Positions 17,567 through 25,397 of a stretch of 64,000 nucleotides of DNA are shown here, in pieces; the stretch's first letter is position 1; each line of letters begins with the position of its first letter. Both the position numbers and the translations under genes were made by a program. This DNA is from a virus, in the IMG/VR virus record IMGVR_UViG_3300025705_000581; one strand, written 5' to 3'. A model generated the notes under the pieces. That model had not been told where the DNA came from. It searched no databases and saw only the letters and a program-made list of their open reading frames with translations.

Positions 17567-18462
17567 AAAGCTTTAAACAATACATATCAGAAGAAAAAGA
17601 TAAGTCCACTGCAGTTGGATCTGGGTTTCATAAAGATGAAGACGGAAATGTTTTTATCTCGCACAGTACAATACACGATAGAGATGCGAAAAAAGATAAG
17701 AAAAAAGATACTAATGAATCTTTACTGAACAAAATTAAATCAGCTGTTGGTATGAAAGCAGACCATGAAAAATCTTTAGATGAGCATGCTGCTGGTCATA
17801 ACAAAGAGGATCATAGTGAACATTTGTCTAAGCATTCTGCTGACGCTCATAAAGATCCTCATGAAAGAAAAGCTTTTAATCATTTTAAAACAAACTCTAC
17901 AGAAATGAATGAGCATTTAATAAAATCTCATAAACGTAAAATACCACATTCATTTGATAAGCATAAGGCTGCTGAGCATAAAATGGGTAAAAAAGATCAC
18001 GCGCATATGGACGACTTTAAAACATTCCCTGATAAAGCCGGCTTGAAAAAGATTAACCATAGCGAAGCTCACGTGCATCATACAATCAATAAGCATTCTA
18101 AACCGCTAGGTAAGAAAATCACTTTATATCACGGTTCCCATCACGATTTTGGTGCGGCTGCTAAAAATAGTAAAGATGGTATCGTTCACAATCCGGCACA
18201 TATGTCTACATCACACGATCATAAATCATCAAAACGATTTGGAAGCGGACATATGGTAGTAATTCATGCCGATCGCAATACTAAGGCTGTTCATATAGAT
18301 GGGAAAGGTTCTGCATCAGCTGGCTCAGGTGAAAAAGAAACAGTATTACCAGCAGGTACTAAATTAAAACATATTAAATCGCATAAAACATCAGATGGAT
18401 ATAATGTGCATCACTTCAAAGTTCACAGCCAAGAAGACCATGGCAGTCACTATGATAGCTAA
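17563..18462 (+). CDS. His-rich putative internal protein with C-terminal ADP-ribosyltransferase domain (Alt/Mod-like)
   Basis: MKSFKQYISEE tag; LYHG...MSTS...GEKETVLPAGTKLK corresponds to the R-STS-ExE ART triad. Confidence 0.7.
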   Translation: MKSFKQYISEEKDKSTAVGSGFHKDEDGNVFISHSTIHDRDAKKDKKKDTNESLLNKIKSAVGMKADHEKSLDEHAAGHNKEDHSEHLSKHSADAHKDPHERKAFNHFKTNSTEMNEHLIKSHKRKIPHSFDKHKAAEHKMGKKDHAHMDDFKTFPDKAGLKKINHSEAHVHHTINKHSKPLGKKITLYHGSHHDFGAAAKNSKDGIVHNPAHMSTSHDHKSSKRFGSGHMVVIHADRNTKAVHIDGKGSASAGSGEKETVLPAGTKLKHIKSHKTSDGYNVHHFKVHSQEDHGSHYDS

Positions 18463-18478
18463 TAACTAAGGAAAACAA

Positions 18479-19045
18479 ATGAAAAGCTTTAAGCAATACA
18501 TATCAGAAGAAACAGAAACACTTAATGAAAGTGCACTTAAAGCTTTACGGGTTGCTACTAAAGCCCATTCAGGACAGACACGTAAAAGCGGTGGTAAATA
18601 CATTGAGCATCCAAAAGAAGTTGCTCGGTTCGTACAAAAGTTTAAAAAATCAAACAATCTTTCGGCGTTAGTACAGGCAGCCTATCTACACGATACTATT
18701 GAAGATACTGATACAACATATGCTGATTTGGTTAAACAGTTTGGTGCTCTTGTGGCTGATATGGTTCAGGAATTAACAACTGATAAAGCTGCGTCTGATG
18801 CTATTGGTAAAGGCGAATATATCGCTGGTAAGATGGCTAAAATGTCAAGTTGGTCGTTAGTTATTAAACTTGCGGATAGATTAGCAAACGTACAGGACAT
18901 TGATACACGGCCTGCTGATTTTCAAAAGAAATATGCTGCACAGACTGCACTCGCTATTAAACGTCTCCGTAGTGATAGATATTTAAGTAAAACACATAAT
19001 AAGATCATTACTGCCATTGAGAAAAAAATTAAAGAATATGTATAG
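18479..19045 (+). CDS. HD-domain RelA/SpoT-family small alarmone hydrolase (Mesh1-like) with capsid-targeting tag
   Basis: AHSGQTRKSGGKYIEHP, AAYLHDTIEDT, FGALVADMVQELT, KLADRLAN. Confidence 0.9.
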   Translation: MKSFKQYISEETETLNESALKALRVATKAHSGQTRKSGGKYIEHPKEVARFVQKFKKSNNLSALVQAAYLHDTIEDTDTTYADLVKQFGALVADMVQELTTDKAASDAIGKGEYIAGKMAKMSSWSLVIKLADRLANVQDIDTRPADFQKKYAAQTALAIKRLRSDRYLSKTHNKIITAIEKKIKEYV

Positions 19046-19331
19046 TTTCAAACAATATATTTCTGAAGGTATCATGGTTAAACTGATTCGTGGTAAAGGC
19101 CAGGATACTTTAAAAATGAAAGACACTAAAGAAAAGAGTTGGGTTGAATTACGCGGCAAACCTAATTTTGAAACCAAATATGATAAAAGGGATCCGTTAC
19201 ATAAAGCAATTACGGCGCTAGGTAAATCGGCAAGTATATCTGATTTTATGAATGGTGATGAAGTAAGTATAAATCCAAACCATCCTGACGGTAAGAAAGC
19301 GTTGGCAACTATAAAGAAGTTAATGAAATGA
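19038..19331 (+). CDS. Small putative internal virion protein
   Basis: Start set at MYSFKQYISEG (19038). Confidence 0.7.
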   Translation: MYSFKQYISEGIMVKLIRGKGQDTLKMKDTKEKSWVELRGKPNFETKYDKRDPLHKAITALGKSASISDFMNGDEVSINPNHPDGKKALATIKKLMK

Positions 19332-19594
19332 AAACATTTAAACAGCATATAGAAGCAACATACCAAGGTAAAGAGGTTAAGTTAAACAAACCTATGGCGG
19401 GTGATGTTGCTAAATCAAAAGTATTCGTTGATCCTGATGGTGACGGTGTTGCTAAGAAAGTTAATTTCGGTGACAAGAATATGACAATTAAAAAGCATAT
19501 TCCAGCACGAAAGAAATCTTTTAGAGCAAGACATAATTGCGATAATCCTGGGCCAAAAGACAAGGCACGATATTGGTCTTGTAAAGCCTGGTAA
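19328..19594 (+). CDS. Small basic putative internal virion protein
   Basis: MKTFKQHIEA tag; SFRARHNC...KARYWSCKAW. Confidence 0.75.
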   Translation: MKTFKQHIEATYQGKEVKLNKPMAGDVAKSKVFVDPDGDGVAKKVNFGDKNMTIKKHIPARKKSFRARHNCDNPGPKDKARYWSCKAW

Positions 19595-19598
19595 ATAT

Positions 19599-19606
19599 TA
19601 TAAATA
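19599..19606 (+). promoter_or_regulatory. T4-type late promoter
   Basis: TATAAATA. Confidence 0.65.
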
Positions 19607-19632
19607 AAACAAACAGCAAATAGAGAAGTAAT

Positions 19633-19977
19633 ATGTATAGTTTTTCAGAACATAGTCTTATTGAACACGTTGAGGCACATCTCATTGAAAATGATCTTGT
19701 ACTTGATAATATAGATGACGAACAACTTGACGAAATCATCGGTATGGCCGCAAAGGCTGTAGGAGCAGTTGCTAAGGTAGGTGCAAAAGGTGTTCGACGA
19801 GCATTAACAAATAAACAAGGTCAATTCCGTTTATCAACTGCGGGACGTAATACGGCACGTGATAATAAAGCAAAACGTATTAATGATAGAGCAAATGCTA
19901 TACGTGACAGGAAAAAAACGAAGACAGCTGTTGACAAGGCCAGAGAAAACTTACGCAACGCAAGACGGGGGAAATAA
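19633..19977 (+). CDS. Putative internal virion protein: acidic N-terminus, very basic C-terminus
   Basis: MYSFSEHSLIE...QLDE then IIGMAAKAVGAVAK... Confidence 0.7.
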   Translation: MYSFSEHSLIEHVEAHLIENDLVLDNIDDEQLDEIIGMAAKAVGAVAKVGAKGVRRALTNKQGQFRLSTAGRNTARDNKAKRINDRANAIRDRKKTKTAVDKARENLRNARRGK

Positions 19978-19978
19978 A

Positions 19979-20386
19979 ATGGACACGAATAAAGTTAGAG
20001 AAGCAATTATTGATGCACTCGGTCGAGTAAGTGAACTCGACGAAAAGAAAATGGATCCAGTGGGGCAGGCTGACGCAGATATTGATAACGACGGAGACGT
20101 TGATGACTCAGACAAGTATCTACACAATCGCCGTAAAGCTATTAAAGATAAGATGAAAGAGCAGACAGAAGCTCGCTTATCAGAAGATAATATGACTGTT
20201 AATATCGACCATGAGGGTGGCCACGATCCAGTAGCTAAAAAACATGGCATCACTTTAAAGAAAACAAGTGATTCTGATTATGCTCACGACGCTACAGGAA
20301 AAAAGAAAAATCTTCAAAAATATCTAGCTCATCATTATGATAGCCATGAAGATGCAAAAGAAATTCATCCTGACGTTTATAAATAA
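19979..20386 (+). CDS. Hypothetical putative internal virion protein
   Basis: Start set at MDTNK; LDEKK and DADIDNDGDVDDSDKYLHNRRKAI. Confidence 0.7.
   Translation: MDTNKVREAIIDALGRVSELDEKKMDPVGQADADIDNDGDVDDSDKYLHNRRKAIKDKMKEQTEARLSEDNMTVNIDHEGGHDPVAKKHGITLKKTSDSDYAHDATGKKKNLQKYLAHHYDSHEDAKEIHPDVYK
20378..20385 (+). promoter_or_regulatory. T4-type late promoter
   Basis: TATAAATA. Confidence 0.65.
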
Positions 20387-20423
20387 GAATAACTAAGAAA
20401 CCCAAATAAGGAGATAAAAACAA

Positions 20424-20723
20424 ATGGCACTTTGGGGAAAAACCGATGCATTAGCTTCCGTACCAAAATGGTTGGAAGATAATGCTAATAACACAAACAA
20501 ATCAAATGACCGTGATAATGCGGTATTTGTTGACCTTGAGGAATCGGCTGTAGCAGCTAACAGAGCAAAAGGTTTGACAGGCCCAGGTTGGTGGTTGTAC
20601 CACACATCAAACGGTCGTCACTTTGCTGAATGCTTGGTACCAATGAAGGTCTCAGCATCTGATGCAGGCGACTTGGGTGTGACAGGTCTAGGCGATGACG
20701 CAATCGTTGCTGATCCTTCATAA
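20424..20723 (+). CDS. Hypothetical protein, probably virion
   Basis: 99 aa; SD AGGAG; late promoter upstream. Confidence 0.75.
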   Translation: MALWGKTDALASVPKWLEDNANNTNKSNDRDNAVFVDLEESAVAANRAKGLTGPGWWLYHTSNGRHFAECLVPMKVSASDAGDLGVTGLGDDAIVADPS

Positions 20724-20739
20724 GTAAAGAAAATATAAT

Positions 20740-21114
20740 ATGAAATTAACAGAATCAACCTTTCTGTTATTTGCCGCAAAACATTATGATAATCCACAAT
20801 GCTCCGACGTATCAGAGTTTGAAGAGGATTTAAAACGTTTTCATTATTTACGAAAACTATTTGGCAGATATAGGCAAGATAAAGATTTAAAAGAAAGGTT
20901 GATTCTGAATCACCTGATAATCATATATAACGTATTCGGTGAAGAAGCAACGAGTATTTTGTTTATGAGACTTTATGAATACCATGATTATTTAAAACCG
21001 TTTGTTGAATATTTAAACTTCATGCCTACGGTTATTGAATATGATGGGATTATTATACACAAGGATAGTATTGTGTCTGATAAATGCATTAAAGAAAAAC
21101 TCGAAGGAATTTGA
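20740..21114 (+). CDS. Conserved T4-like hypothetical protein
   Basis: AKHYDNPQC...ERLILNHLIIIYNVFG. Confidence 0.75.
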   Translation: MKLTESTFLLFAAKHYDNPQCSDVSEFEEDLKRFHYLRKLFGRYRQDKDLKERLILNHLIIIYNVFGEEATSILFMRLYEYHDYLKPFVEYLNFMPTVIEYDGIIIHKDSIVSDKCIKEKLEGI

Positions 21115-21117
21115 CCC

Positions 21118-21906
21118 ATGGTCGTTGATCTATTTTTAGTTTACCAATTCATCCGCCGTTTGGCTACACCATTTGATAAGTGGGAAGCATATAAGCAAGG
21201 TATTATTGATAAAGATGGTAAAGTATTAATCAAATCAAAAGATTTTACAAAAGGTTCTCAACGTAAAGCATGGGGAGTTTTTGATAGAATGATTGCTAAC
21301 CTTAAAAAGTTGTTAGCAAAGATACCTGGTGGTAGTTCTCGGTTTGCATCATATGCCGCGGCATTGTTTCTAATTAAAGAATACAAACATTTTACCGATG
21401 AATCATTACTAAATGAAGAATGGACTGATGAACAATTAGATGAATCAATGCATTTATTTCATATTAGATATAATCATTATACCATACTCTCCGAAAATGT
21501 CAATGGTTATTTTGATGAACTTGATGAAAAACTTAAAGCATCAGATGATATGGGTGTGTGGGTAAAAGATTTTCAGAAATCAGATGCACCACAATTCAAA
21601 GGTAAATCTCAAAAGAAAAGACAACAAATGGCCGTTGCTGCAAAGCTTGATGCAATGGATGAAGCCCCAACTAATATGCGTAATATAAAACTTATCAACA
21701 AAATCAAGAAGTCTGGTGTTGTCAAGTCTGGTTCTATGTCACAGAATGATCCCAAAAAATCTGTTAATACAAAACCTGAAATCACAGAAGAAATGCCAGC
21801 CAATGCAGTAAGCACCGGTGCAATTGCTAATATGGATGCGTCGGGAATTGATAACAAAAAGAAAAAGAAAAAGATTAAGGATATGATGAGGAGAACCCCA
21901 CAATGA
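21118..21906 (+). CDS. Conserved T4-like hypothetical protein with acidic cleavage-like linkers
   Basis: FIRRLATPFDKWEAYKQGIIDKDG; LNEE, LDES, MDEA, ITEE. Confidence 0.75.
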   Translation: MVVDLFLVYQFIRRLATPFDKWEAYKQGIIDKDGKVLIKSKDFTKGSQRKAWGVFDRMIANLKKLLAKIPGGSSRFASYAAALFLIKEYKHFTDESLLNEEWTDEQLDESMHLFHIRYNHYTILSENVNGYFDELDEKLKASDDMGVWVKDFQKSDAPQFKGKSQKKRQQMAVAAKLDAMDEAPTNMRNIKLINKIKKSGVVKSGSMSQNDPKKSVNTKPEITEEMPANAVSTGAIANMDASGIDNKKKKKKIKDMMRRTPQ

Positions 21907-22760
21907 TTACTATAGAGCAATTTAGCGCTATGATCCCAACTAACAAAGATCCACAACCGTGGTTTGATGCGGCAGTGGAAAAGTTTGATGAATATAACAT
22001 TAATACTCCAAATAGAATTGCAGGCTTTATGGCACAGTGTGCTCATGAGTCAGCAGACTTTACACGTTTAACTGAAAACCTTAACTATTCGGAAAAAGCA
22101 TTGAACTCGGTGTTTGGTCGCTATTTCGGAAAAGGAAAACGAAATGCTAAAGAATACGCTCGAAACCAGGAAAAGATCGCAAACTATGTCTATCAAGACG
22201 AGTTTAGATCCAAGCGAGGAGCTTTGGGAAACACTGAACCCGGGGATGGCTGGCTATTTAGGGGTAGAGGTATCAAACAGCTTACGGGCAGAAATAATTA
22301 CGCGGCTTTTGGAAAGTCCGTGGGTATGTCCGCAGAAGAAGCTGCAGAATATGTAGCAACACCAAAAGGTGCTATTGAGTCAGCATGCTGGTTCTGGGCA
22401 ACTAATAAACTCGACAAATATGCCGATGATGGCGACAATGTTGGGTTGACAAAAAAGATTAATGGTGGTACAATTGGATTAGATGACCGTAACCGTCGTT
22501 GGGAATCAGCCTTGTCCATTCTTGGTGGTGAAATGCCTGCACCAAAGAAAGCAGCACCTAAGAAAGCTGCAGGTGTGCGTACACTACGCAAAGGTATGCA
22601 AGGTGATGATGTAGCTAAAATGCAAAAGGCAATTGGTGTAGGAGCTGATGGCGATTTTGGATTTGGAACTCTTACTGCTGTTAAAAAATGGCAAAAGATG
22701 AACGGATTGGTTGCAGATGGTATTGTAGGTCCTGCTACACAAGCAAAGATGTTTAAATAA
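21903..22760 (+). CDS. Endolysin: GH19 catalytic domain plus C-terminal peptidoglycan-binding domain
   Basis: FMAQCAHES, FRGRGIKQLTGRNNY, INGGTIGLDDR; LRKGMQGDDV...ADGIVGPAT. Confidence 0.9.
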   Translation: MITIEQFSAMIPTNKDPQPWFDAAVEKFDEYNINTPNRIAGFMAQCAHESADFTRLTENLNYSEKALNSVFGRYFGKGKRNAKEYARNQEKIANYVYQDEFRSKRGALGNTEPGDGWLFRGRGIKQLTGRNNYAAFGKSVGMSAEEAAEYVATPKGAIESACWFWATNKLDKYADDGDNVGLTKKINGGTIGLDDRNRRWESALSILGGEMPAPKKAAPKKAAGVRTLRKGMQGDDVAKMQKAIGVGADGDFGFGTLTAVKKWQKMNGLVADGIVGPATQAKMFK

Positions 22761-22797
22761 ATAAATAAATGACGGAATTAAACAAAGGAGACACAAA

Positions 22798-23013
22798 ATG
22801 TCACTAGAGAAAATTGTAGAAGCGGCAATGTCTGAAAAGCCATTGGATCTGAAAGAAGCATTTGAAGCTGAAGTTGAAGAGCGTATTATGGCTGCATTGG
22901 CAGAGAAATACAAAAAAGCAATGGAAGCAAAAGATGAAGACGACGATGAAGATGATGACGATGCCGACGAAGATGAAGATGATGAAGACGACGAGGACGA
23001 AGACGACAAGTAA
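22798..23013 (+). CDS. 67: Prohead core protein, gp67-like
   Basis: Helical N-terminus (IVEAA...LKEAFEAEVEERIMAAL) plus poly-D/E tail, as in T4 gp67. Confidence 0.6.
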   Translation: MSLEKIVEAAMSEKPLDLKEAFEAEVEERIMAALAEKYKKAMEAKDEDDDEDDDDADEDEDDEDDEDEDDK

Positions 23014-23026
23014 GTCTTCTTAACAT

Positions 23027-23476
23027 ATGGCAAAACTATATCTGTTACTTATTGTCTGTGGTTTAATTGGTGGTGTAGGATATGGTGCTAAATCATATTA
23101 TGAATGGTCGGAAGCAACCATTTCAACACTTCGTACTAATAACGTTCAATTAGCATCTGCGGCGGAAACTCTACAAAATACTGTAGACACAATGGCCGCA
23201 GATGCAGAACGTAACGAAAAACTCAATCAAAACCTGACAGCGCAACTAAATGAATCACGAGAGTATTTGAATACTTTACGTGCTAAATTTGCGCGAATTG
23301 ATTTAACTATGGAAGCGCTAACTGACGCGCAAAATTTGGAAGAAAGGGTAAACAATGCTGTTGAAAGACTCATCAGTGATATTGCCGATGAAACTACTCC
23401 TCCTAGTGCTGTTGATGATACTTCTGACAGCGTGCTCGGGGAGGACAGTGGAGCCGACAGTAGTAACGTCGACTGA
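23027..23476 (+). CDS. Inner-membrane spanin (Rz-like)
   Basis: N-terminal TM segment, coiled coil, overlapped by a lipoprotein gene. Confidence 0.75.
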   Translation: MAKLYLLLIVCGLIGGVGYGAKSYYEWSEATISTLRTNNVQLASAAETLQNTVDTMAADAERNEKLNQNLTAQLNESREYLNTLRAKFARIDLTMEALTDAQNLEERVNNAVERLISDIADETTPPSAVDDTSDSVLGEDSGADSSNVD

Positions 23477-23735
23477 ATACATCCAGCAAAACATTCCTAT
23501 TCAAGGCAGACCGGGTAAAGTAGATTTTCCGCCTGTAGATTGGTATGTTATCACCGAAGAAAATTTGGAAGAAAAGATTGCTGAAATTGAAGCTCAACAA
23601 GGATCTGTTGTTGTTTTTGCTGTAACATCAAAAGGATACGAAAATCTTGCATTAGGTATTGCAGAATTGCGTCGCTATATTAATGAACAAAAAGCGATAA
23701 TTGTGTACTATGAGGATGCCTTGAAGAATAAATAA
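23388..23735 (+). CDS. Outer-membrane lipoprotein spanin (Rz1-like)
   Basis: MKLLLLVLLMILLTAC lipobox; overlaps the i-spanin in another frame. Confidence 0.8.
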   Translation: MKLLLLVLLMILLTACSGRTVEPTVVTSTEYIQQNIPIQGRPGKVDFPPVDWYVITEENLEEKIAEIEAQQGSVVVFAVTSKGYENLALGIAELRRYINEQKAIIVYYEDALKNK

Positions 23736-23821
23736 TACCGTAATACTATTTCTGAGTGATTAAACATACCACGGAGTTAGTCACAAGCCTCCGTTAAAAA
23801 AGGCAAAAAGGGAATAAAAAG

Positions 23822-24313
23822 TTGAGTAAAGATACCAACTGGGAAACAGATATCGCCCTAATTAAATCTGATATCAGACAGATTCAGAAATTCTTTACCA
23901 GAGTTGAAGACTCAATGGATATGATGGTTGACCTATCCAAAAATGTTGCTGTTCAGTCTGAGGTATTAGAGTATACAAAAGAGAAACTTACCGAAGTTGA
24001 AAAATTATGTGAAGACACAAGGCGTACTGATGAATTACGTTTAACTGTTTTGAGTGACCGCCTTGAAGAATACCGAAGATCAAGCAAAGAGGATCACCAA
24101 AAATTGGCAGACCATAACGCAAATAAACGGCACAATGCCAATAAAGAAATATTGGATAGACTTGATTCTATGGAGCGGTCGATACATCAACGTATTAACG
24201 AGCAACAGAAAAAGATTAACAACCTTGAGAACTGGCGTTATTATATGATGGGTGTTGGTGCCGTCGTAGTAGTTCTATTAGCAAGAGTAAATTGGCCAGA
24301 ATTATTTGGTTGA
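23822..24313 (+). CDS. Coiled-coil protein with C-terminal TM segment, holin candidate
   Basis: TTG start; WRYYMMGVGAVVVVLLA TM; last gene of the lysis cassette. Confidence 0.5.
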   Translation: MSKDTNWETDIALIKSDIRQIQKFFTRVEDSMDMMVDLSKNVAVQSEVLEYTKEKLTEVEKLCEDTRRTDELRLTVLSDRLEEYRRSSKEDHQKLADHNANKRHNANKEILDRLDSMERSIHQRINEQQKKINNLENWRYYMMGVGAVVVVLLARVNWPELFG

Positions 24314-24338
24314 CAAACCTTTAGATCTGTAATATTAT
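24310..24338 (+). promoter_or_regulatory. sigma70-type promoter for primase
   Basis: TTGACA-N17-TATTAT. Confidence 0.7.
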
Positions 24339-24370
24339 AGATTTATACATTAACAATTGAGCTTTATATT

Positions 24371-25387
24371 ATGGTTGACTTTACCGAGCTGAAGTATGCC
24401 CAGATGTTGTCTGGCCGACTCGAAAACTTCAGAATACGCAACACCAATCCCTACAAAATCAACTTTCGTTGTCCCATATGCGGAGACAGTCAAAAGTCAC
24501 GTTCAAAATCACGTGGGTGGTTACTCGAGTCAAAAAATACCTTTCACTTCTATTGCCATAACTGTGCTTCAAGCCAAAGCTTTTCATTCTTTTTGAAAGG
24601 TCAGGATCAAGTATTGTATAATGACTATGTAGCTGAAAAGTTTGTTGCGAATACTCATTCAAAATCTACTAAGGATGATGATAATACCGAACAGTTTAAA
24701 ACTAAGGCACCAACCTTTAATAAGACTAACCCATTATCAAAGATTAAAAAGGTTAGTCAACTAAAGTTCGACCACCCAGTCAAAAAATATATACAGCAAC
24801 GGCAAATACCACCTCACCAACATTATCGTTTGTATTATGCTCCTAAGTTTAAAACATGGATTAATAGTGTAATACCAAACAAGTTTGAAAATGTTGGTAA
24901 AGATGAGCCGCGCCTAATCATACCTTTTCTTGATGAGAACGGTAAATGTTTTGGTGTATCAGCTCGTGGGTTTAGTGATTACGGAATGCGTTATATAACT
25001 ATTATGTTTGAGGACCGACCTAAGATATTTGGCCTTGACAAAGTAGACTTCAATGATGTATATTATATTACAGAAGGTGCAATTGATTCTTTCTTTTTAC
25101 AGAATGCTGTAGCAATGGCAGGCGCCGAAGGTAATACAAAAGGTGTTGAGAACACTGATAATGCCGTGTTTGTTTTTGATGCTGAACCACGTAATAAAGA
25201 AATACATAAACGTATGGAAAAGGTAATTGAGGCAGGTCTTGGCATTTGTATTTGGCCAAGTAATTTGCCAGGTAAAGACATTAATGAAATGGTGCTTGAA
25301 GGTATAAATGCCGAAAAGGTAATCGAAGAAAACACATATAGAGGCTTAACTGCAAAATTAAAATTTGCTGATTGGCGTAAAACATAG
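24371..25387 (+). CDS. 61: DNA primase gp61
   Basis: NFRCPICGDS...HCHNC Zn finger; YITEGAIDS TOPRIM; FDAEPRN. Confidence 0.95.
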   Translation: MVDFTELKYAQMLSGRLENFRIRNTNPYKINFRCPICGDSQKSRSKSRGWLLESKNTFHFYCHNCASSQSFSFFLKGQDQVLYNDYVAEKFVANTHSKSTKDDDNTEQFKTKAPTFNKTNPLSKIKKVSQLKFDHPVKKYIQQRQIPPHQHYRLYYAPKFKTWINSVIPNKFENVGKDEPRLIIPFLDENGKCFGVSARGFSDYGMRYITIMFEDRPKIFGLDKVDFNDVYYITEGAIDSFFLQNAVAMAGAEGNTKGVENTDNAVFVFDAEPRNKEIHKRMEKVIEAGLGICIWPSNLPGKDINEMVLEGINAEKVIEENTYRGLTAKLKFADWRKT

Positions 25388-25397
25388 AGGAACTAAA

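Noticed and set aside
22753-22770. TAAA tandem repeat after the endolysin
   Set aside because: An AT-rich intergenic tract; at most an AATAAATA late-promoter variant.
22584-23033. Minus-strand ORF with poly-Ser
   Set aside because: It is the antisense shadow of the GAT/GAA-rich acidic tail of the gp67-like gene; it has no SD or independent support.
298-23776. Shared 12-mer CATACCACGGAG upstream of hemO and of ORF 23822
   Set aside because: Many 12-mer matches are expected by chance in 64 kb; one copy is an SD and the other a hairpin arm.
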